IMG/VR virus record: IMGVR_UViG_3300012953_000018
Length of the DNA stretch: 64,000 bases
Reading direction: 5' to 3' (one strand)
Source: an uncultured virus (IMG/VR IMGVR_UViG_3300012953_000018)
Taxonomy: Duplodnaviria; Heunggongvirae; Uroviricota; Caudoviricetes
The notes under the pieces were generated by a model, which saw only the letters and a list, made by a program, of their open reading frames with translations, did not search any database and was not told the origin of the DNA. Each line of letters starts with the position of its first letter. Position 1 is the first letter of the stretch. This document shows positions 56,395-64,000 of this stretch, piece after piece. A program made the position numbers and the translations under genes.

Positions 56395-57828
56395 ATGGCA
56401 GCAATTATAACCGAAAAGTTTAGAACACATAGTGCTAAACAATTCATTGAAGATTTTGGAGAAACAGCTTCTTCAACATACATGTTCATAGGAAGATCGT
56501 TCCCATGGACGGATGACACATCACCCCCATCACCAGCAAATTCAACTGGTGAAGAATACGATGCATTCTCAGACATGGTAGCATTGAAGAAAGTTTCTTC
56601 TGCAGATGTTACTCATGCAATAACAAGAGAAAACTGGACATCAGGAACCACTTACGATGAGTATGACCACACTATCAGTGCAACTAATACTTCATCAGGT
56701 ACAAGTGCAACAAACTTATACGACTCAAAGTATTATGTCATCACTGATGAATTCCATGTTTATAAATGCATTAGAACAGGGAGAGCCGATAATGGTTCAA
56801 CCGTAGCATCAACCGTTAAACCAGTTGGAACTTCTGCAACTGCATTAGTAGAAACTAATGATACTGGTGCTGGAAGTGGACGAGGATATCTTTGGAAGTA
56901 CATGTATACTGTATCAGCTGCCGATACAATTAAATTTGTTACTACCGACTTTATGCCCGTTAAAACTATTGGAGCTCAAACAGAACTTGGTGATACTCCT
57001 GATGATGGTTCTGCACAATGGGATGTTGAAAACAATGCTATAGATGGTGGAATACTTCATGTTAAAGTAAACAGCGGTGGAGCTGGTTACACTCAAGGAA
57101 ATTATACGAGTGTTGCAATTAATGGAGATGGTTCAAGTGGTGTATGTACAGTTCATGTTAATGCATCAGGAAATGTTTCACATGTAACCGTTACTGCTAA
57201 CGGTACAGGATATAAAAGAGCAACTATCAATGTAGATGGTGTCTCAGGTATTGGAACTCCTTCTACAAGTGCAGTAGTAACACCTTTGATTGCACCTCAA
57301 TATGGACACGGTGCAAACCCAGTGGAAGAACTAGGTGGAAACTTCGTCATGGTAAACTCAAGATTAGAGTTTGCAGAAGGTTCAGGTGACTTCCCAACAG
57401 ATAATGACTTTAGAAGAATTGGATTAATACAAGACCCATTCTCAGCAGGTACTACAGTTGCAACAGGTACTAACTATTCAGCTTACCATAAAATGACACT
57501 TTCATCAGTAACAGGTCTTGCAGTAGATGACACAATCAGAGATGCAAGTTCAGATGGTACAGGTGTTGCAGTGTCTAGAATCGTTTCTATTACTGGAAAT
57601 GTTGTATCTCATATCCCTCAAGCAAATAGTGCTGGTGGATATGTAAACTTCTCAAGTTCCGATACAGTATATAAGGGTGCGAGTTCTATTGGAACAGTAT
57701 CCAGTGTTGATAGCACATTCCCCGAAATCGTTAAATACTCAGGTAACATCATGTATGTCGAGAACAGGGGAGCAGTCACAAGGGCTGCAGATCAGATTGA
57801 AGATATCAAGCTGATTATACAGATGTAA
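56395..57828 (+). CDS. 8: Baseplate wedge subunit gp8
   Basis: MAAIITEKFR, NWTSGTTYD.Y, VYKCI, GYLWKYMYT, GHGANPVEELGG, DFRRIGLI.DP, Y.ENR..R..DQIEDIKLII. Confidence 0.92.
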   Translation: MAAIITEKFRTHSAKQFIEDFGETASSTYMFIGRSFPWTDDTSPPSPANSTGEEYDAFSDMVALKKVSSADVTHAITRENWTSGTTYDEYDHTISATNTSSGTSATNLYDSKYYVITDEFHVYKCIRTGRADNGSTVASTVKPVGTSATALVETNDTGAGSGRGYLWKYMYTVSAADTIKFVTTDFMPVKTIGAQTELGDTPDDGSAQWDVENNAIDGGILHVKVNSGGAGYTQGNYTSVAINGDGSSGVCTVHVNASGNVSHVTVTANGTGYKRATINVDGVSGIGTPSTSAVVTPLIAPQYGHGANPVEELGGNFVMVNSRLEFAEGSGDFPTDNDFRRIGLIQDPFSAGTTVATGTNYSAYHKMTLSSVTGLAVDDTIRDASSDGTGVAVSRIVSITGNVVSHIPQANSAGGYVNFSSSDTVYKGASSIGTVSSVDSTFPEIVKYSGNIMYVENRGAVTRAADQIEDIKLIIQM

Positions 57829-57865
57829 TTGATTTTACATCTTTAACAGACAATAAGAGTAAACT

Positions 57866-60800
57866 ATGGCAGAGAAGACTGATTTAAACATTACACCCTA
57901 TTACGATGACTATTCGGAGTCTAAAAACTTTCATAAGGTATTATACCGAGCTGGAAGACCACTCCAAGCAAGAGAGTTAACCCAAACACAATCTATCTTA
58001 CAAAATCAGATAGAGAGATTAGGTGACCATTTCTTTCAAGAAGGTTCTATTGTAACAGGAGCTCAGTCTGATGTCGACTTTGATTTATACTATGTCAAAG
58101 TTAAAACAGATAACCCTAATTCAAGTGGTGATGCATCTGCAGAATCATATAGACAACTATACCATGGTCAACATTTAGTTGGTCAGACATCAGGTGTTGT
58201 TGCAAAGGTTATAACTTCAACTGCAGAAACAACTACAGACAAACTTACACTCTTTGTCAGATTCGAAAGACAAGGAACAGACGCAAACCATTCATCAGTA
58301 TTTACAGCTGGAGAAACACTTGTTAAGTGTGGATTTAGTGATGCTGGTGTCGTAACAGAAGATACAGCAAGTAACAATGACTTTACAGTCGAAGCAGAAT
58401 CCGAAACACCAATAGGAAGATGTTCAATTGCAAATATCTCAGAAGGTGTTGTATTCATCAGAGGATTCTTTGTAAAGGTAGCAAAACAAGAACTAATACT
58501 TGAGAAGTATAATGCAAAACCTTCATTTAGAGTGGGTTTAACTATTACTGAATCAATGATATCGACTGCAGAAGATTCTTCGTTGTATGATAATGCACAG
58601 GGAACTTCAAACGAAAATGCAGCTGGTGCTGACAGATTCCAATTCACATTAACACTAGCAAAACTTGCATTGACTTCTACAGATGATGCAAACTTTATTG
58701 AATTGGTTAGAGTTAACAATGGTTTAATACAATTACAAAAATCAAGACCGATGTATTCTGAAATTGAGAATACTCTTGCACGAAGAACATTCGATGCAAA
58801 CGGTGACTTTATTACACAACAATTTACTCATAGTATGAGAGAACACCTAGACGATACAACAAACGCAGGTTTCTATCTCAAGAGTCAAGGTGGTGATGAA
58901 AGTAAATTCCTATTTCAGATATCGCCAGGAAAGGCATATGTTAAAGGATATGAGATTGATAAGATTGGAACATCAAATCTATCGATAAACAAAGCAAGAA
59001 CAACACAAACAATAGCTGGTGCAAAAACTCCAACTAGATTAGGAAACTATATTAAAGTAGAAAACTGTTTTGGTTTCCCTGATTTTGGAAATGAGTCAGG
59101 AGCTCAAGCACTAGACCCTCATGGAGTATGTCAGTTATTCCCAGCAGAATTAACGCCAGGCAGTTTAGGTTCAGGAGATCATATTGGATTTGGAAGAGTC
59201 AGATACATTGACTCTCATGACGATACAGGAGCTGCAGAAGACGGAGTAAATCTATACCTCTTCGATGTAAGAATGTTTACAAAGATTGGTTATAGTTCTC
59301 ATACTGGAACTGCAAATGCTGGAGACAAACTCGTAGGTGGAACAAGTGGTGCAACAGGTATCATTGCATACGATAATAACTCGAATGCAGTTTATATCCA
59401 TGATGTAAATGGTATATTCCAACACGGAGAAACAGTATCATCAACAGGTGATGGTACATTCTCATGTACAATCGTAGGTGAAAACTACAGAGGTGTTGCA
59501 AACGAAGTTAGGTCTTATAACATAGACAGAGCGAGGGGGATAGGACAAGAAAGAACAGACGCTGCAGTTGCAGATTTTACTGCAGATATAATTCAAGATG
59601 AAGATAACACACTAACAGGTTCAGTTACACTTTCAAACTCATCAACAGCAGTAACAGGTTTCGGAACTAGATTTACATCTGAATTAAAAGAAGGTGATAT
59701 AATCACTGTAAATGGTACAACTGAACATGTAGTTGCAAGTATTACAAGTAATATTGCACTTACATTGTCATCAGCAACTGGTGGAAGTGATGCATTCTCA
59801 GGTAATGTTGCAAGAAGAAGAACTAAGATTTATGACCAAGACCAAACTGCAGCTATATTTGCATGGCCAAGAGATTATGTCAAGACACATACTCCTGATG
59901 ATGTAACAGTTAAAAAACAAAAGATTATTCCTGCTTCAGGTGGTAAAGTTACAGTCACAACAGATTCAAACGAAGCATTCCTACAATTATCTAGAGATAA
60001 CTTCCAGTTATCTGTATATGATTTGAATGGTGCATCAGGTGGTGGTGCAAATACTTTGGGTGTCGAGTTAGACCCAGTAACAACTGCTGGAAGTAAAACA
60101 AACCCAACAGCCACAACTGAGAGATATGAATTTACAACAGGTGCAGATGATGGTGTTGATTACATCGTATCATATGCAGTAACATTAAGTGTACCAGTCA
60201 ATAGTGACAAATCACTTAAGAGGTCAAGATGTGCAATAGTAAGTCAAAAATATGCTGGTAACGCAGGTGCATATGACTATGGAACATGTTACGACAATAA
60301 AGAAATCACATTAGGTGTTGCAGACTGTTTTGCAATCAGAGGTATCTATGAAGGTATCGGTGGTACTACACCATTACCTCCAAGTGGTATATTTGCAGTT
60401 GCATCAGGAACACCAGTAAATGAAGAAGAAGTCATAGGACAAACATCAGGTGCAAAAGCAAGAATCATAAAATTCAACGCTGGTTCTGCATCGTTTGTTT
60501 ATTACATGAACAATTTTACATTCACCGAAGGTGAAGCAGTAGTAGGTCAAACATCAAACTTTACTGGAACAATTGGAACAGTAACAGCTGGTGGTGATAA
60601 CATTACAGATAGATATTTCTTTGATAATGGTCAAAGAGATGGTTTCTATGACCATGGTAAGATCACATTAAAACCAGGCGCACCTTCACCAAACAATTCA
60701 ATACTCATAGTCTTTGATTACTTCACAGGTGGAACAGGTCAATTCTATGATGTAGATTCATATAACGGTATTGATTATGGTGATATACCAGTGTATTCAC

Positions 60801-63800
60801 CAAACAAAGTAGACCTAGGTGGATTAGAACCCGATGGTCAATTCGAATTATCAGATGCATTAGACTTTAGACCAAGTGTTGCACAATTATATACAAGTAG
60901 TAACATATCTGATGCAAGTGCTGGTGCAAACCCAGCTTCTCCGTTGAACATATCAACAGGATTAAGTGGTGACCCATTCGATTACTACAGTAGAAGTTTT
61001 ACAGGAACAGGTGTCAATGTATTTGATACACCAGTTCCAACATTGTCAACAACAGGTGATATATCATTCTATACTTCTAGAATAGATAAAGTATTCTTAT
61101 TAAGTGATGGTAGATTTGATATCTCAACAGGAACACCTGCGTTGTCACCAACTAAACCAAAAGCAATTGATGACTCAATCGAAATGTTTGAGTTGTTCAT
61201 TCCAGCTTATACAAAAAATTTAAAGAAGATTAGAGTAAGAACTTTTGACCATCGTAGATTTACGATGAAAGACATAGGTAGGATTAACAACAGGGTCACT
61301 AACCTAGAAAGAGTCACATCTCTATCATTACTAGAAAAAGATACCCAGTCTGCTCAAGTATTAGATGCAGATGGATTCGATAGATTCAAATCAGGATTCC
61401 TCGTAGATAACTTTAGAGGACATAAGATTGGTGATGTAAACCATCCCGACTATAAGTGTGCTATCGATACTAAGATGGGTATGTTACGACCACAAACCTT
61501 TACTCAGTTCTTTGATATTGCACTGAATACAAGTTCTTCTTCTAGTTATCAAAAGACTGGTGATTTGATTACATTACCTTATACTCAATCATCATATGTG
61601 AATCAGAACAAAGCTTCAAGACATATAAATGTTAACCCATATCATGTCTTTGCATTTATCGGTAATGTTAAACTAACACCTGAAACAGATATATGGAATG
61701 ACTCAGAGAGATTACCTGATGTCAGAATTAACAGAGAAGGAAACTTCGATGCAGTTCTAGCTGGAGTAGGAAACTCATTAGGAACTGTTTGGAACTCATG
61801 GCAAACAACATGGTCAGGAGAACCTTCAAGTGTATCAACAGAAGTACAATCAACTTCATCAGGTTCATGGAGTGGAGACCCACTACAGGGTGGAACATGG
61901 CAAGCTGGAACAGAAATAACAAGAGAGATTACAGAAACACCTGAAATACAAACTAGAACTGGTGTTACAACTTCTGTAGTTGAAGACTTTGTAGAAACAA
62001 GAAACGATAGAATAGTATCAGTATCAATCATACCGTTCATGAGAGCAAGAACAATTGAGATTGATGCAACTAACTTGAAGCCAGGCACAAACCACTTCTT
62101 CTTCTTTGATGGAATTAGAGTGGATAAATTTGTAAGACCATTTAATTCAAGTTATTCTGTAGATGGTGGAACAACTGTAACTTCAAATTTAAAATCAGAT
62201 GGTAATGGTAGATTGAGAGGATTCTTTGAACTTCCTAACAATAGTGTTCAGAGATTCCCAACAGGTATGAGAGAATTAAGAATTACTTCTTCATTCTATA
62301 ACTTATCGAATCCACCTTCAACTGGTTCTGCAACATACCAAGCTCAAGGATTGTTGGCAAGTTCACAAACAGAAATTACTTCTACAAGAAATGGTAGAGT
62401 GATAACACAATCAGTATCAGGTACAAGACAATCACAAAGAAGAGGTGAAAGGTTAAATGTAAGTAGAGTAGATACACAGGCACCCGATATCCCAAGAGAT
62501 ACCACACCACCTGTAGTTGAAATTACTCCTGCTGAACCCGACCCAGCACCAGTGCAACCAACAGTACCACCAGTAATTTTTATACCGCCTGCACCTCCAG
62601 TGCCTTTACCAGTGCCTCCACCTGAGCCACCTGCTATACCGATTCCGCCTGACCCAATAGTCTTCCCTGATCCGATAATCGGAGACCAAATGGACTTAGT
62701 AAGAAATTGGGGAGCAATGTCTAGGTTAGAAAGAGGTTGGGGTGACCCATTAGCACAATCATTTATTTGTGAGGCAACAGGTGGAATGATGTTGACTTCG
62801 ATAGACTTGTTCTTCCAAGCAAAATCAACTCACATGCCAGTATCAGTAGAGATTAGAAACATGGTGAATGGATATCCAGGCCAAACTGTATTACCATTCT
62901 CAACTAAGACATTGAACCCAGCAGATATTAATATATCAGAAGATGGTTCAGCAAAAACAACATTTACATTTGACTCTCCAGTATTTGTAAATGAAAAAGT
63001 AGAATACTGTTTTGTAGTTTACTCAAACTCAAATGATTACGAATGTTTCATTTCAAGAATGGGAGAGCCTGACATACTCACTGGAGAAACAATCTCAGGA
63101 CAACCATACGCAGGTTCATTATTCTTATCACAGAATGCTTCAACATGGACTGCAGAACAAACAGATGACTTGAAATTTAACATGAAGATTTGTAACTTTG
63201 ATAATACTAAAGTTGCATCTGTATATTTCGAGAATGTAGATGTACCTTCACAAAAACTTGCAAAGAATCCAATTCAAACAACTGTAAGTTCTAATACTGT
63301 TAAAATTTCAAGTTACATGCATGGACAATATGATACAAGTTCAAATGTTCAAATATCAGGTATAACTGGAGATAGAGTAGGTTCAGTTATAACCTTAAGT
63401 AGTCCGTCACTTGATACGAGTGGTGGTTCACCAGCAGATGGTACATATACAACTCAATCTGCAACAGGTGGAACAGGTTCAGGATTAATTTTAGACTTTA
63501 CAATTGCAAGTGGTAGTATCACTGATACAAGAATTGTAAACCCAGGCCAAGGATATACAGCTGCTGATAGTGTACGAGTCGACACCTTTAATGGTGGTGC
63601 AGACTTCTTAGTTACTGTCGGATCAGTCGGACAAACACTAGGTGGTATCCCAGTGGATGCAATCGGTGGTTCAAGTACAATCACATATGGTGACACAAAC
63701 ACAGCTGGTATATCAGATATAGGTATCGACTCATATAATGTTGCAGTAGATATGTCCACATATATTGCAAACAATAAATTCAAATCAGGATACACTGCAT

Positions 63801-64000
63801 TAGAGTCTACTATCGGTGGTGGAGAGAATGTAATGGAATCAAGAAACTTCTATTACGATACTCTACACACTATGATACCTTCAATAAGTCAAGGTGGTTC
63901 AAAAATTATTGCAAGTACAGAATCAACTGCAATGAAATCACCCGAAGGACATATTGCAACAGGTGATACTGCATATACAAGAAGGTCACAAAATAACTTT
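57866..64000 (+). CDS. Very large VrlC-like virion structural protein, truncated at window end (missing from ORF track)
   Basis: MAEKTDLNITPYYDDY...KVLY..GRPLQARELTQ.QSILQNQI, PGKAYVKGYEI, RRFTMKDIG, DRFKSGFLVDNF, DPLAQSF, GSLFLSQNASTW; frame spot-checked, not read codon by codon. Confidence 0.9.
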   Translation, partial: MAEKTDLNITPYYDDYSESKNFHKVLYRAGRPLQARELTQTQSILQNQIERLGDHFFQEGSIVTGAQSDVDFDLYYVKVKTDNPNSSGDASAESYRQLYHGQHLVGQTSGVVAKVITSTAETTTDKLTLFVRFERQGTDANHSSVFTAGETLVKCGFSDAGVVTEDTASNNDFTVEAESETPIGRCSIANISEGVVFIRGFFVKVAKQELILEKYNAKPSFRVGLTITESMISTAEDSSLYDNAQGTSNENAAGADRFQFTLTLAKLALTSTDDANFIELVRVNNGLIQLQKSRPMYSEIENTLARRTFDANGDFITQQFTHSMREHLDDTTNAGFYLKSQGGDESKFLFQISPGKAYVKGYEIDKIGTSNLSINKARTTQTIAGAKTPTRLGNYIKVENCFGFPDFGNESGAQALDPHGVCQLFPAELTPGSLGSGDHIGFGRVRYIDSHDDTGAAEDGVNLYLFDVRMFTKIGYSSHTGTANAGDKLVGGTSGATGIIAYDNNSNAVYIHDVNGIFQHGETVSSTGDGTFSCTIVGENYRGVANEVRSYNIDRARGIGQERTDAAVADFTADIIQDEDNTLTGSVTLSNSSTAVTGFGTRFTSELKEGDIITVNGTTEHVVASITSNIALTLSSATGGSDAFSGNVARRRTKIYDQDQTAAIFAWPRDYVKTHTPDDVTVKKQKIIPASGGKVTVTTDSNEAFLQLSRDNFQLSVYDLNGASGGGANTLGVELDPVTTAGSKTNPTATTERYEFTTGADDGVDYIVSYAVTLSVPVNSDKSLKRSRCAIVSQKYAGNAGAYDYGTCYDNKEITLGVADCFAIRGIYEGIGGTTPLPPSGIFAVASGTPVNEEEVIGQTSGAKARIIKFNAGSASFVYYMNNFTFTEGEAVVGQTSNFTGTIGTVTAGGDNITDRYFFDNGQRDGFYDHGKITLKPGAPSPNNSILIVFDYFTGGTGQFYDVDSYNGIDYGDIPVYSPNKVDLGGLEPDGQFELSDALDFRPSVAQLYTSSNISDASAGANPASPLNISTGLSGDPFDYYSRSFTGTGVNVFDTPVPTLSTTGDISFYTSRIDKVFLLSDGRFDISTGTPALSPTKPKAIDDSIEMFELFIPAYTKNLKKIRVRTFDHRRFTMKDIGRINNRVTNLERVTSLSLLEKDTQSAQVLDADGFDRFKSGFLVDNFRGHKIGDVNHPDYKCAIDTKMGMLRPQTFTQFFDIALNTSSSSSYQKTGDLITLPYTQSSYVNQNKASRHINVNPYHVFAFIGNVKLTPETDIWNDSERLPDVRINREGNFDAVLAGVGNSLGTVWNSWQTTWSGEPSSVSTEVQSTSSGSWSGDPLQGGTWQAGTEITREITETPEIQTRTGVTTSVVEDFVETRNDRIVSVSIIPFMRARTIEIDATNLKPGTNHFFFFDGIRVDKFVRPFNSSYSVDGGTTVTSNLKSDGNGRLRGFFELPNNSVQRFPTGMRELRITSSFYNLSNPPSTGSATYQAQGLLASSQTEITSTRNGRVITQSVSGTRQSQRRGERLNVSRVDTQAPDIPRDTTPPVVEITPAEPDPAPVQPTVPPVIFIPPAPPVPLPVPPPEPPAIPIPPDPIVFPDPIIGDQMDLVRNWGAMSRLERGWGDPLAQSFICEATGGMMLTSIDLFFQAKSTHMPVSVEIRNMVNGYPGQTVLPFSTKTLNPADINISEDGSAKTTFTFDSPVFVNEKVEYCFVVYSNSNDYECFISRMGEPDILTGETISGQPYAGSLFLSQNASTWTAEQTDDLKFNMKICNFDNTKVASVYFENVDVPSQKLAKNPIQTTVSSNTVKISSYMHGQYDTSSNVQISGITGDRVGSVITLSSPSLDTSGGSPADGTYTTQSATGGTGSGLILDFTIASGSITDTRIVNPGQGYTAADSVRVDTFNGGADFLVTVGSVGQTLGGIPVDAIGGSSTITYGDTNTAGISDIGIDSYNVAVDMSTYIANNKFKSGYTALESTIGGGENVMESRNFYYDTLHTMIPSISQGGSKIIASTESTAMKSPEGHIATGDTAYTRRSQNNF

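Noticed and set aside
58183..63795. Minus-strand track ORFs in the last 6 kb, and similar antisense ORFs elsewhere
   Set aside because: Shadows of the long plus-strand VrlC-like gene and other confidently assigned genes

Overview
Gene-dense, AT-rich segment of a large T4-like myovirus. The gene content resembles marine T4-like phages of heterotrophic bacteria; the host is not determinable from sequence alone, though bS21, ACP and cytochrome c look proteobacterial. 1-36.9 kb (+ strand): nrdA/nrdB/glutaredoxin, ACP and a spanin pair, tRNA-Ala(UGC), about eight 2OG-Fe(II) oxygenases plus other tailoring enzymes (sulfotransferase, GNAT, split carbamoyltransferase, radical SAM, SDR, methyltransferases), cytochrome c, IscA, RimK-protease fusion, RNase H, gp33, gp59, gp32 and ribosomal protein bS21. 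36.9-44.6 kb (- strand): tape measure, gp51, gp26, tube-like gp54, gp2 and gp4, with a HAD/KdsB insert. 44.7-64 kb (+ strand): baseplate genes gp48, gp53, hub, gp5, gp25, gp6, gp7, gp8 and a truncated >2000-aa VrlC-like virion protein. Main observations beyond the gene list: (i) a likely -1 frameshift fusing gp26 to gp51 in a lambda G/GT-like position; (ii) ten genes whose start codon sits at a fixed distance from a promoter (leaderless mRNAs), in a phage that also encodes bS21, RimK and a RimI-like GNAT; (iii) tandem early promoters at 14.2-15.2 kb driving structured non-coding RNAs next to phased repeats, plus several other structured intergenic RNAs; (iv) a cupredoxin-type site and a proline-rich insert in virion proteins. 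All family assignments are by motif recognition, not database search.
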